64,000 nucleotides of DNA from Pristiophorus japonicus (lineage: Eukaryota): assembly GCF_044704955.1 (NCBI RefSeq), contig NC_091993.1, forward strand, positions 32,674,001 through 32,738,000. The letters are read 5' to 3'. A model generated the notes under the pieces. The model was given only the letters and a program-made list of their open reading frames with translations, was not told the DNA's origin and made no database searches. Shown here in pieces: positions 1-13,990 of the stretch (position 1 is its first letter; each line of letters starts with the position of its first letter). A program made the translations under genes and the position numbers.

Positions 1-440
1 CACCTCGGAGTTAGAAGGTTGTGGGTTCAAGTCCCACTCCAGGAACCTGAGCAGTGCTGAAGGAGTGCTGCACTGTCGGAGGGGCAGTGCTGAGGGAGCG
101 CTGCACTGTCGGAGGTGCCGTCTTTCGGATGAGATGTTAAACAGAAGCCCTGTCTGCTCTCTCAAGTGGATGTAAAAGATCCCATGGCACTATTTTGAAG
201 AAGAGCAGGGGAGTTATCCCCGGTGTCCTGGGGCCAATATTTATCCCTCAATCAACATAACAAAAACAGATTATCTGGTCATTATCACATTGCTGTTTGT
301 GGGAGCTTGCTGTGCACAAATTGGCTGCCGCATTTCCTACATTACAACAGTGACTGCACTCCAAAAGTACTTCATTGGCTATAAAGCACTTTGAGACATC
401 CAGTGGTCATGAAAGGCACTATATAAATCCAAATCTTTCT
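1..440 (+). mobile_element. tRNA-derived Deu-domain SINE (SacSINE1/AmnSINE1-like), cut by window edge
   Basis: B-box GGTTCAAGTCCC, two 33-bp internal units, Deu-type body (GATGAGATGTTAAAC...GTGGGAGCTTGCTGTG) and L2-like tail GAAAGGCACTATATAAAT. The same consensus recurs more than 15 times in the window. Confidence 0.85.
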
Positions 441-1025
441 TTGTTTCAGATTCAGGTCGCTTGGCAATGGCTTGGAGTTGTGTTGTTCCTATGTGCTGGG
501 CTTCCGAGGAAAGATCATTGACCTGAAACATTAACCCAACATTTCCCACTCCACAGTCGCTGCCTGACCTCCTGACTGTAACATTTTTACTTTCAGTAAT
601 AAGAGAGTCTGTTGAGAGTGGAATTGACCCTGGGATTCCGGCACTGGGAGATTGGAGGTGAGATGGCCCTCTATGGTTGGTGGACAATAATCCAACGCAC
701 TGTTGAGAATTCTGGCTCAGCTCCAGAAAACCCTCATGGCCAATGCCCCGATCAATAGGATGGTCACGGCTGAACTAGCGGTGGGAGGTTTACCACTGCT
801 CTGTGTTCGTAAACGGTTTGGTTTCAGTCGGTTAAAGCCCCGGCCGTACAATTTTAATTCCTCTTTGGTGTGTCTGTTGCCAACCTGCACCTACAATCTC
901 TGGGCCTCCATAAGGTGGTGTAGCGGAGAGAGTCCTTGCAGGCAAAGAGTGTGTACTCTGTGTCAGCCCAACTTTGACGTGGTTTGGACTCTCTCACAAC
1001 TCGATCTCCTTGCGCACTAACCAAA

Positions 1026-1285
1026 GAAAATAAAGAGGGATAAATATTGGCCAGGACAGTGAGGAAGCTCCCCTGATCTTCATCAAATAGTGCCAGGAGA
1101 TCTTTGACACCCATCTAAGCGGGCAGACAGAGCCTCGGTTCAACGTCTCATCTGAAGGACGGAACCTCCGACTGTGCAGCGATCCCTCAGGACTGTCAGA
1201 ATATCAGCTGGGATTTTGTGCTCACAGCCCACAACCTTCTGACTCAGAGGCGAGAGCGCAACCCACTGAGCCACACCTGACAACT
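1026..1285 (-). mobile_element. Deu-SINE fragment
   Basis: Reverse complement of the SINE head and body (GAGGGATAAATATTGG...CACAACCTTCTGACTCAGAGGCGAG). Confidence 0.75.
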
Positions 1286-1317
1286 GCCCAAGGTCCCTCC
1301 AGTTCACCTTCTCCCAT

Positions 1318-1587
1318 TTAAAACAGAGATGAGGAGGAATTTCTTCTCTCAGAGGGTTGTAAATCTGTGGAATTCTCTGCCCCAGAGAGCTGTGGAGGCT
1401 GGGTCATTGAATATATTTAAGGCGGAGATAGACAGATATTTGAGCGATAAGGGAATAAAGGGTTATGGGGAGCGGGCAGGGAAATCGAGCTGAGTCCATG
1501 ATCAGATCAGCCATGATCTTATTAAATGGCGGAGCAGGCTCGAGGGGTCGAATGGCTGACTTCTGCTCCTATTTCTTATGTTCTTAT
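1318..1587 (+). mobile_element. CR1 LINE 3' end
   Basis: GAGATGAGGAGGAATTTCTTCTCTCAGAGGGTTGT...GGAATTCTCTGCCCCAG (EMRRNFFSQRVVNLWNSLP), then a TTCTTATG-type tail. Confidence 0.85.
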
Positions 1588-2080
1588 TTTTACACCCTTT
1601 TTTGAACAAGGCTGTAACATTTGCAATTCTCCAGTCCTCTGGCACCATCCCCGATTCTAAGGAGGATTTGAAGATTACGGCCAGTATCTCCGCGATTTCT
1701 TCCTTCACTTCCCTCAGCGTCCCACCCAGTCCTGGTGACTTATGTACTTTAAGTACAGCCAACCTTTCTAGTACCTCGTCTTTATCAATTCTTATCCCAT
1801 CCAGTATCTCCACTATCTCCTCCTTCATTCTGTCAATGGCAGCATCTTCTTCCTTGGTGAAGACAAATGCAAAGTACTCATTCAGTACCTCAGCCATACC
1901 CTCTGCCTCCATGCATAGCTCTCCTTGTTGGTCCCGATTTGGCCCCACCCCTCACTGCCCATTTACTATTTATATGCCTATAGAAGACTTTCAGATGATG
2001 CTGCCATACTATTCTCATACTCTCTCTTTGTCCCTCTTATTTTCTTTTTCACTTGCCCTCTGAACTTTCTATATTTAGCC
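1588..2080 (-). mobile_element. CR1 ORF2 internal fragment
   Basis: ORF 1502-1948(-) reads MAEVLNEYFAFVFTKE...KSPG...VPEDWRIANVTALFKKG, the CR1 region just upstream of the RT domain. Confidence 0.85.
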
Positions 2081-2261
2081 TGTTGGAAAATATCCTGACC
2101 ATTTCCAGAAATATTGCTTCTGAAAACCAGTGGCTTCCAGCTAAGTTTGCTTTTTCCAAAGTTGAATTGGTGTCTTTAACTGAAGCAGTAAGATGATAAA
2201 CTAGCTGCCTCTCCCTCTGACAGACACCCACAGATCAGGGCTGCTTCCATTCTATCTGATT

Positions 2262-2590
2262 GCCATCTTTCAGATGAGACGTTAAACCGAGGTCCCGTCT
2301 GCTCTCTCAGGTGGATGTAAAATATCCCACGGCCACTATTTCAAAGAAGAGCAGGGGAGTTCTCCCCGGTGTCCTGGGGCCAATATTTATCCCTCAATCA
2401 ACATCACTAAAACAGATTAACTGGTCATTATCACATTGCTGTATGTGGGAGCTTGCTGTGCGCAAATTGGCTGCCGCGTTTCCCAAATTACAACAGTGAC
2501 TGCACTCCAAAAGTACTTCATTGGCTGGAAAGTGCTTTGGGACATCCGGTGGTTGTGATAGGCGCTATAGAAATGCAAATCTTTCTTTTA
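2262..2590 (+). mobile_element. Deu-SINE, 5'-truncated
   Basis: Matches the SINE body and tail consensus. Confidence 0.8.
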
Positions 2591-2654
2591 TTAGAGGAGG
2601 TTTTGCTTTACACAAAAGGAGATCAGAGAGGGGGAAAATATATACCTTCCACAC

Positions 2655-2750
2655 TGGTTACGTGGTTATTTTGGGGATGACGTTAGTGACGTGCACGCAA
2701 TCGTATTTCTTCCAACAAATGGAAAAAAAAGTGGTTATTTATAAACGCGA
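2655..2750 (+). promoter_or_regulatory. Putative ANKRD34C promoter: CRE-like cluster plus TATA-like element
   Basis: TTACGTGG, ATGACGTT and GTGACGTG within ~35 bp, then TTTATAAA at ~2738, at the start of a CpG-rich region that ends in a splice donor at 3061. Confidence 0.5.
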
Positions 2751-2764
2751 TCTCTCCATCTGAG

Positions 2765-3060
2765 CTCTCCCTAATACAGAGCAGCCTGGAGAGACACAGC
2801 CAGCCACAGCTGCACAACTCGGGCTGAGCATCGCAAGCCACAGTATCAGCACAATCCGGCTCTCTGGAGAGGGCGAAGCTGCAGAAGCTTTGCGTCGCTG
2901 CCGCAGTTGGGACACAGATCGACTTTATATTTGGGGGGGATTTTAAGAGGAAGAATTTTTTTTTCCGAGACAGGACTGGGCGAGTTGTGGAGGCTGCAAT
3001 TGGGGAAGCAGCACCATGGACTGTAAGCCCCTGCAGCGGAGCCGGGCTCAGAGCAAAACC
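2765..3060 (+). other. ANKRD34C: Putative non-coding first exon of ANKRD34C (start approximate)
   Basis: Donor ACC|GTGAGT at 3060/3061. A matching acceptor (pyrimidine tract + CAG) lies at 10106, 50 nt before the ATG. Confidence 0.55.
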
Positions 3061-4457
3061 GTGAGTCCACCCACTCCTTGTATCGTTTGTTTAACGTCGG
3101 CATTCCCCCCAAAAAACTTGGAAAAATGGGACCAATTTGAAATTTAAAAAAATGATATTTTTGTAAATATCCACCTGTGATTTTAAACAAATAGTAAACA
3201 TTAATCTGTTGCAGTCTCTGTTTTGCAGCCCAGTTCGTTCAATGATAAATGATTGAATAAATATTTATCCCCCCTCCCCAGGGTGCGATATTGCGGAGTT
3301 GAGGGATATCCGCGCCTTTCGGTGCACGCCTGGGTTTAACTGGATTCTTTAGTTAAATCCGAGAGGATTTCTTTGCCGTTACAAATGTTGCACGTTTTGT
3401 AAAAACACTATCTTCAGTGGGGCACCGCCGGGTATTCGGCCACGGGGTGCGGCACATTTACCAATTGCAAATCCCAGCGTTAGAGCCGGAGTTAGTGTCT
3501 GCCCCGGGAACCTGCCGGACTGGAGCAGACCTTTACTCAAACCCATTTCAAATCAGGGGCAGGGGTTCCAGTCGCTGTTTTTCGGCTGAAGGATATCTGG
3601 AGCAGGCAGGAAGGGGAAGGGGACGGTGTTCCGGAATTACCCACCGGGGGTACCAGCCCTCTCTGAGGATCACCCCCCCCCCCACCTCGGTAAACCCAGA
3701 GACTGGGCACTTTCTCCGCTCCAGGGGGGTAGAGACGAATAGTCGGAGTTCCTAGTGGGGCCCCAGGCTCCCCCTGAATGGACCAGCCTCCCTACCACCC
3801 AGACCCCCATACTCCTCCCCGACACCGGGACCCCTCCCCGACACTCCTCGACGACACCAGGACCCCTCCCAGACCCCAAGACCCCTCCCCGACATAGAGA
3901 CCCCTCCCCGACACCCAGACCAGCCTCCTGCCCCGGGCGAGGGGTGCCCAGACTCCCCGTTGAGCGATCCTGGAGCCACCCCCCCCCCCTTCCCTCATTT
4001 TACATTCCAGTTGCGCTCCGTCTGCCCCCGTTGGAGAGGAATCGCCTATTTTTGAGCATCAAATAGAGGCAATAGATGAAGAAATGATGAGCAGGATGTG
4101 TGCAGGCGCCGCACGGGTCCCCCTCCCGCTCCAGAGAGGGAGGGAGCGGCGAGGGGCAGAGACTGTAGAGCGGGGATGTGAGGACAGGGAGAGGCACAGA
4201 GGCATAGATCCAACACTGAGAATGCTGGAAACACGCAACCGGTGCGGCAGCCAGATGGCCCTTCAGCAGAGTTTAAGATCTGAGTGGGGAGAGGGGTTGT
4301 TGGAGAGAGAGAAGATACTGGGGCAGATATAGAGAGGAAGAGAGAATGTGAGTGGTCAGGAGAGAGATTGTGAGCGAGCTGTCGAGAGAGTGGGGAGATG
4401 AGGATTAACGTTGTCAGTGTAAGCAGCAATAGTATTCCAGCATCCGCGGGCTGCTGG

Positions 4458-4478
4458 ACCAGCACCATGGACAGCGAG
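4458..4478 (+). promoter_or_regulatory. RE1/NRSE (REST-binding) element
   Basis: ACCAGCACCATGGACAGCGAG versus consensus TTCAGCACCACGGACAGCGCC. Both half-sites are present with the canonical 2-nt spacer. Confidence 0.7.
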
Positions 4479-4514
4479 CCAATTCCAGTCTGGTCCATTG
4501 CTTTTTGCTATCGG

Positions 4515-4637
4515 CCTGTCTCTGCCTGCCTGTCTGTCTGTCTGTCCCAAGTTTCTGACTCTCTCTCTCTCTCTCTCTCTCTGTCCCTGTCTCTCTCTCT
4601 CTCTGTCTGTCTCCGCCTCTCTCTTTCTTTCTCTCTC
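4515..4637. repeat. (CT)n/(CTGT)n microsatellite
   Basis: Directly visible pyrimidine di- and tetranucleotide run. Confidence 0.9.
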
Positions 4638-5891
4638 AAGCCATTCCAGCTCTTGCATTATTCCAAGCCTATTCATTGCCGGCGCAGCCTTTGCTAGTCG
4701 CACTGATTAAATGCTCAATACCACAGAGACTGTCCAACTCACCCTTCCCATTCCTTTATTTGCATCCCCATAATGAAAATCTGAATAATTTGCATCATAT
4801 TAGTGCTTTAGTTCAATGTTGTAGATTTATGTAATTAATATTCATTACTGTGTGAACAATTACAACCCTGTTTTTTCTGTAAGAATTAAATACAGCTTTA
4901 ACACTTGGGGGAATATCTTGTTATTGAAAGTTAATATTTATTTAATTTGTAATGAAATACTTGGATTGAAATAGAAATATTAGACCAGCAAAATATTCCA
5001 AACTTTCTGTCAATTAATGGACAACAAAGAGGAAATTGTTCTTTCCCAGGTGACCTTTGTTTTTACAACAACCTGCCTTTAACCTGTAGCACAATGTCCC
5101 AAAATGTTTCACAAGGTGGGGAGGGGAGAGGAGGTGAATGTTCAGGTCACTGTTCATGGTGCAACGTGATGTAGCAATGTGGAGAGGTTTAGGAAGAGAG
5201 GTGACTAAAATCCCTGTCACTGACTGAGAGTGGGCAGCAAGAGCTGGTGGAGATTACAGGGGACTGAGGCCAATAATTCTGAAATCAATGCAGGGAGAGA
5301 CCAGGAGGCAGTTACTGGCATATAGCCCATAACTGCTCAATCCCCACCTGATAACATTCATTAACCTCTCCAATCCAATTCCAATTATTAATAATAAATC
5401 TCAAACTGAAGTATTTTGACATTTGCTGCACTTGCAGTACAGTGACTTGTTAAATACTCAGTGTTCTATTAACTGTCAAACTAGATCCATAAATATTTCA
5501 TTATAGTGTGATACAATAATGTTCCACACAAGCATATTGCCAAATAAAATCATCGTTATTCTAATTGTAGGAGCAGTCAGCATCCTAAGTGCAATCATTA
5601 CCTTATTCGGAGCCCTGATTTGGGAAGATTCTTTCAGCCCACATGGATTATTGTGCTATCTGCAGTCTGAAATCAGGAAACTCCCCTCATCTTAAAAAAA
5701 CGTTGAGTTTTGACTGTGACTTTCTGAAGCGTTATGGCTGATTGTCAGTACATGAGTCTGATTACATTTTGAAAAGAAGTGCGATGGGGTGAAAGGAATT
5801 GTGATGAGGGTTAAGCCGACAGAACCCATTGCTAGTAAAGGAAATATTCTTACACCTTTTGCACTCAGTGTGACCAGAAAGCTCTCCTTAG

Positions 5892-6338
5892 TGCCAGCCG
5901 TGGCTCAGTGGGTAGCACTCTCGCCTCTGAGTCAGAAGGTCGTGGGTTCAAGTCCCCACACCAGAGACTTGAGCATAACAATCTAGGTTGACACTCCCAG
6001 TGCAGTGCTGAGGGAGCGCCGCACTGTCGGAGGTGCCGTCTTTTGGATGAGACGTTAAACCGAGGCCCCGTCTGTGCTCTCAGGTGGACATAAGATTTCA
6101 TGGCACTATTTCAAAGAGAAGGGGAGTTCTCCCCGGTGTCCTGGGCCAATATTTATCCCTCAACCAACATCACTAAAACAGATTATCTGGTCATTATCAC
6201 ATTGCTGTTTGTGGGAGCTTGCTGTGCGCAAATTGGCAGCTGCGTTTCCCACATTACAACAATGACTACACTCCAAAAGTACTTTATTGGCTGTAAAGCA
6301 CTTTGTGAAATGCACTATATCAATGCAAGTCTTTCTTA
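5892..6338 (+). mobile_element. Full-length Deu-SINE
   Basis: A-box TGGCTCAGTGG, B-box GGTTCAAGTCC, one 33-bp unit, Deu body and tail. Confidence 0.9.
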
Positions 6339-8019
6339 GTGAGGTACAGCGCAGGTCAGATTCAGGATAAAATCCCAACCAGAGAGAAGCAATAAAGACA
6401 GCAATCACACCAGCCTCCAGCAGAAGTGTACAAGCACATTCACTCATCAATCTTATCACCACCACACTCTCAACAGTTCAAAGATAAATGAGTAAATCTC
6501 TCGGGATCATTCCCCTGCCAATTCCTGTAGTTATGCGAGGCACAGAATATATTAACTGGTTGTTCTGCCATTGACTACGAACGGCTGGGAAATCTCACTC
6601 AATTAACAAACCAAATTTCCTTATTTTTCCTTTCATTTCTGTAAATAACTTCCATTTGGCTTTCCTTCGATTTGAGGACATCGACTGAGAGAAACAGTCC
6701 ATCGGAAGTCCGCACCACTCCGCAATACAACCACATCCCTCAGCCACTTTCATTAAGCACTAACACAATACTCGTTGCAACCACAGGAATAAGTTCAGAA
6801 ACAATTGCCATGTTCCCTATTGTTGAATCCACAGCGTTGCTTTGTGTGAATCAAACCTTACTGAAATCTTCCATCAGGTCTGTGACTTGCTGCCCCAGAA
6901 TCTGCCCAAGCCCACAGGAAACTGATCGGTTTGTGTTCCTGCAGCAGGGAGATGCAGAGATTGTTTGACCTCCGGCTCGATGACTGTGAATGGTGCCACC
7001 TGTAATGTATTTGCTTCATGGGTTCTTTGCTATTAAGAACTAGTTGGTTTATTAGCAAAAGGTTTAACAATCACACTACACATTACCAGTTCATCCACCA
7101 GGCTCACAACCACCTGCCTCATCGTGGATCCCCCAAACCCAACAGGCTGGGGTTTTATTGAGCCTTGTGAACATCACAAGCCACTCACAGTGCAACAGTT
7201 CTACAAACCTGAGCATACTCACTGGTGCATACATTAGAGGTGTCTTCAGCTGAATTCTTTAGGATACAGCTGACCCCTGCTCCTTTTAAAAGATTTCTTA
7301 TAGTCCCAAGAACGCCTTGAATCCCATCATTAAGAGACCGTCACCCTCCAAACTCACCAGTGGGACATTACATACCTTTAACATAGGGAGGACAAATTGG
7401 AGATGGCCCTTTCAAACCCTCCTTCTGTGCAATATCATTCAATATAAATGTCTCAAGGTCCTTTACAAGGGAAGGGGGAGGGCAGAAATGGACACAGCGC
7501 AGGAACTGGGAGAGAAGTTACAGCAGGTAGCCAAAGATGAGGTCAGCAGATGGGTTTTTAGGTAGTCTGTTGCAAATAGGGAGATAGATCAAGGCAAAGG
7601 GGTTTCAGGAGAGAAGTGCAGAGTGCAGGACTGCTAATGGTGGAACGTAGGGAGAGAGGAGGGGGCTGCACTGAGTGTGGGAATGGCGGAGGATGCAGAG
7701 GGAGGGTGGAGCGCAGTCAGTGAGGGAGTTGCAGTTGAGGACGACGATATTAAACTCAACACATTGAAGGTGGACAGCTGTGGCAGTGTTCCACTCAGGG
7801 CGACAGTTATCTTACAGGCACCCCGTGCAATTGCACAGGTTGAACATGTCTACCACCAGCCCTGCTTACATTCCTATTGCCGTTTGAGTGAGACCAATAA
7901 TTTAATGCTAAATTATTTAGTGGCAATTTTGTTTTTAAAATAATAGCCCCTGAAGCATGGCTATTGGTCCACAGTTCTACTGGAAACACCAATCGCAGGA
8001 TGCTCTGTGTATAGTGAGA

Positions 8020-8442
8020 TAGTAAGGATTAGATAGGCTGGGGTTGTTTCCCTTGGAACAGAGGAGGCTGAGGGGAGACCTTATTGAGGTGTATAAAATT
8101 ATGAGGGGCCGAGATAGAGTGGAAAGGAAGGACCTATTTCCCTTAGCAGAGGGTTCAACAACCAGGGAGCATTGATTTAAAGTAATTGGGGGTAAGTTTA
8201 GAGGGGAGTTGAGGGGAAATTTCTTCACCCAGAGGGTGGTGGGGGTCTGGAACTCACTGCCTGAAAGGGTGGTAGAGGCAGAAACCCTCACCACATTTTA
8301 AAAGTACTTGGATGTGCACTTGAATTGCCGTAACCTACAGGGCTACGGACCTAGAGCTGGAAAGTGGGATTAGGCTAGGTAGCTCTTGGTCGGTCAGCAC
8401 GATGGGCCGAATAGCCTCCTTCCATGCTGTAAATTTCTATGA
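8020..8442 (+). mobile_element. CR1 LINE 3' end
   Basis: Encodes [24 protein letters not shown]...FFTQRVVGVWNSLP and ends TTTCTATG. Confidence 0.85.
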
Positions 8443-8444
8443 AG

Positions 8445-8890
8445 TCGCATTCACCCATCACCCCCTGAGCTCGCTGACCTACATTGGCTCCCGGTCCAGC
8501 AACGCCTCAATTTTAAAAGTCTCATCCTGGTTTTCAAAGCCTTCTGTGGCCCTGGCCCCTCCCTATCTCTGTAACCTCCTCCAGCCCCATAACCCTCTAC
8601 GACCTCTGCGCTCCTCCAATTCAAGCCGCTTGCCCACCCCCCCACTTCCTTCGCCCCACCAGTGGCAGCCACGCCTTCAGCCGCCTAGCGCCTAAAATCT
8701 GGAATCCCCTCCATAAACCTCTCGGCCTCACTCTCTTTCAGTCCATCCTTAAAATCTACTTCTTTTGACCAAGTTTTTAGTCACCCCTCCCAATATCTCC
8801 TCCTTTGGCTCGGTGTCAGTTTCTCTCAGATTGCACCTTCTGTGAAGTGCCTTGGAATATTTTGTGATGTTGAAGGCGCAAGCTGTTGTT
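8445..8890 (+). mobile_element. L2-type LINE 3' end
   Basis: CCCATCACCCC..CTCGCTGACCTACATTGGCTCCCGG (PITP-LADLHWLP), with a tail GTGAAGTGCCTTGG...GAAGGCGC like the SINE tail. Confidence 0.7.
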
Positions 8891-9204
8891 AGTGTTGTCA
8901 GAATGTCAGCTGGGCCTGGCGTTGAATTTGAATTACAAGAGGCACCGTGTGTGCGTGGACAGATGTGGCAGGCTTCAGTCGTCAGCCAATCAGGTTTCAG
9001 CAGTGGGGGAGGGGGAGCATCGACCCTCTGACACTAAAAGGACTGAAAAGTAATTTTCTAAAGTTCCCATGAGGCCCAATTTCTAAAACGCAGATTCACA
9101 CGAGGCTGGAGTTATAGCACACCCAGTGCAAACTCAAATTGGTGGTTCCATATCTCACTTCAGTTCATGCCTCCCAAACTGAAGCAGTGTTCGCTGGTCA
9201 TCGA

Positions 9205-9932
9205 AAAGAAAGACTTGCATTTATATAGCACCTTTCATGACCTCAGGACGTCTCAAAGCACTTTACAGCCAATGAAGTACATTTTTTTTGGAAGTGCGGT
9301 CACTGTTGTAATGTAGGAATCGCGGCAGCCAATTTGCGCACAGCCAGCTTCCACACACAGCAATGTAATAATGACCAGACAATCTGATTTTAGTGATGGT
9401 GATTGAGGGATAAATATTGGCCCAGGACACCAGGAAGAACTCCCCTGCTCTTCTTCGAAATAGTGCCATGGGATCTTTTACATCCACCTGAGAGAGGGCC
9501 TTCATTTAAATTCTCATCTGAAAGACGGCCCCTCAGCGCTCCCTCAGTTCTGCCCCTCCGACAGTGCGGTGCTCCCTCAGTACTGCCCCTCCGACAGTGC
9601 AGCGCTCCCTCAGTTCTGCCCCTCCGACAGTGCAGCGCTCCCTCAGTACTGCCCCTCCGACAGTGCAGCGCTTCCTCAGTACTGCTCCTCCGACAGTGCA
9701 GCGGGGCTCAGTACTGCCCCTCCGACAGTGCAGCGCTCCCTCAGTACTGCCCCCCCAACAGTGTGGCGCTCCCTCAGTACTGCCCCTCCAACAGTGTGGC
9801 GCTCCCTCAGTACTGCCCCTCCGACAGTGCAGCACTCCCTCAGTACTGCCCCTCCGACAGTACAGCGCTCCCTCAGTACTGCCCCTCCGACAGTGTGGTG
9901 CTCCCTCAGTACTGCACTGGGAGTGTCAGCCA
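9205..9932 (-). mobile_element. Deu-SINE with internal 33-bp minisatellite expansion (~12 units, 9530-9915)
   Basis: Unit CTCCCTCAGTACTGCCCCTCCGACAGTGCAGCG repeated inside a reverse-oriented SINE. Confidence 0.9.
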
Positions 9933-10081
9933 TCAGTATGAAAGTTAACAATGAAACTGCACCCTAAGCACCGATAAACTGAACAATTTGTAACTCTGGG
10001 CGAACAAAGTGATGAGAGGCGCTAAAATACAGTTTGTGTGTCTGGAGGGAATTATTATTTAGCTCCAGATATTATTATTGA

Positions 10082-11773
<1,692 letters not shown>

Positions 11774-11982
11774 TGCAGCTGACGTAAGAGTCATTCAAGC
11801 TTACACTGTACAAACTAATATAATAAACAAGATTAGTGTTTTCTTTTACACTGGGCAGTGACGTGACCCGATGGCATACATTGAGCTGGGCTGGCTGGGT
11901 TACAGACCTTGATTATATTTGGTCAAATTAAACTATGGCCGGGGGCCGTGATAGTGGATCGCCCGCCCGTTATACACATCGC

Positions 11983-12551
11983 CCGATAATCCCTTGCACC
12001 GACTGCAGGGGGCGCCGGTCTCCCACCCGACAATCCCTTGCACCGACTGCAGGGGGCGCCGGTCCCCCACCCGACAATCCCTTGCACCGACTGCAGGGGG
12101 CGCCGGTCCCCCACCCGACAACCCCTTGCACCGACTGCAGGGGGCACCGGTCTCCCACCCGACAATACCTTGCACCGACTGCAGGGGGCATCGGTCTCCC
12201 ACCCGACAACCCCTTGCACCGACTGCAGGGGGCACCGGTCTCCCACCCGACAACCCCTTGCACCGACTGCAGGGGGCACCGGTCTCCCACCCGACAATCC
12301 CTTGCACCGACTGCAGGGGGCGCCGGTCTCCCACCCGACAACCCCTTGCACCGACTGCAGGGGGCGCCGGTCTCCCACCCGACAATCCCTTGCACCGACT
12401 GCAGGGGGCGCTGGTTCCCCACCCGACAATCCCTTGCACCGACTGCAGGGGGCATCGGTCTCCCACCCGACAACCCCTTGCACCGACTGCAGGGGGCACC
12501 GGTCTCCCACCCGATAATCCCTTGCACCGACTGCAGGGGGCGCCGGTCTCC
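11983..12551. repeat. 44-bp GC-rich minisatellite, ~13 copies
   Basis: Unit CCGACAATCCCTTGCACCGACTGCAGGGGGCGCCGGTCTCCCAC with few variants. Confidence 0.97.
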
Positions 12552-13684
12552 TGCCCGCGCGGTCCAGGTGTGGAGGTCGGGGCCATTTTTAGATCCAGGT
12601 CACAATTAAATTGAACCAGCGAGATGTGGACGCCAGGCCGATATCCCGACGCAGCTCACCGGCTTCGAGCCCCAGGGATATCCGCCGGCTCCCATTGCCC
12701 AAGGGATGGGCCCCATCAAAATGGCAGCAGCAAGGGCATAAAAACATAAGAATTAGCAGGAGTATGCCATTCGGCCCCTCGAGCTTGTTCCGCCATTCAA
12801 TAAGATCGTGACTGATCTGATCTTGGCCTCAGCTCCACGTCCCCGCCCGCTCCCCATAAACCTTGTCTCCCAGCGAGTGGGTTTTAGCAGAGCAGTCTAT
12901 TGCCAACCCCGCCAGCTGAAATCAGCCCAAGTGTGTGGTCATTCTTGTCACAGCCACAGGGTTTATTTGGTTTTCGTATCAGAATGATGTTAAACACTCC
13001 TGGCCCTCCCTTCGACATGTGCCAATTATACACTTCATTGCTTTTTGGACATGTACAACAGGCATTCATTATTTGAAGGCAAACAGTTCCCTGTGGGTCA
13101 GTCTTCATTGTAATAAATCTTTCCTTAATTGTGATATAACTTTAAATATAATGTAAATATATTTTTAATAATCTAACTGCCTATGTTGTGGATTTCAAAT
13201 ACCAAGGGTGATTTCCTCCTTCCCTCTCGGCCAGTTTTAGACATTATTCCAGAGCGATCAAATCCTGCCTTCAATTTATAGAAGTCCTGTTGAATTCAAA
13301 GGGGAGCAAATGACAGAGACTAGGTTCCCTGCTCAGGACCCTTACTGATAAAGAGTACGGTTATAGAACTGTGTACAAAAGGTGCAAGGACATGTGTATA
13401 TATACCAAAAATGCTCAGTGTTAGAAAGGCACAGATATAGTTACAACTCCATAATCCAATCCCGCAGTGTTCTCTCATTGGCGCTCTGATCCTGCAGGTA
13501 TTCTTTGACCATCTTCCTGCTTGATGGCGGTAGTTGTTACCCATGCTCCTTGAGGTGGATGAAACCCACTCTGTGAGGGCTATGTGGCAGTTTTAAGAAT
13601 GCTGGGAAGAGTTAGCATCATTTTAACTCGGGCAACCAGTGCTCTGAACTCTTAGGTCAAGTTTAATCATGAATTTCGTATAAA

Positions 13685-13990
13685 AAGAAAGACTTGCATT
13701 TATATAACGCCTTTCACGACGTCCCAAAGCGCTTTCCAGCCAATGACGTACTTTTGGAGTGTAGTCACTGTTGTAATGTAGGAAACGTGCACCAATGTGC
13801 ACACAGCAAGCTCCCACACAGCGATGACCAGATAATTTGTTTTTGTGATGCTGGTTGAGGGATAAATATTGGCCCCAGGACACCGGGGATAACTTCTCTG
13901 CTCGTCTTCGAAATAGTGCCACGGGATCTTTTACCTTCACCTGAGGGGGCAGACGGGGCCTCGGTTTAACATCTCATCCGAAAGACGGAT
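13685..13990 (-). mobile_element. Deu-SINE fragment
   Basis: Reverse complement of the SINE body and tail. Confidence 0.8.

Noticed and set aside
3670-4066. Pro/Gly-rich ORFs in ANKRD34C intron 1
   Set aside because: They arise from a degenerate C-rich ~20-bp repeat (GACCCCTCCCCGACAC) and are low complexity.
5895-5962. tRNA gene
   Set aside because: This is the A/B-box head of a SINE, continuous with the SINE body.
9403-9967. Cys/Pro-rich repeat proteins (LPQYCPSDSAA)n, also at 36307-36829 and 47278-47848
   Set aside because: Translations of the 33-bp (11-codon) SINE unit, not genes.
11923-12614. Six overlapping 159-224 aa ORFs; possible CRISPR-like array
   Set aside because: These are read-through of a stop-free 44-bp tandem repeat. 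There are no unique spacers and the context is vertebrate.
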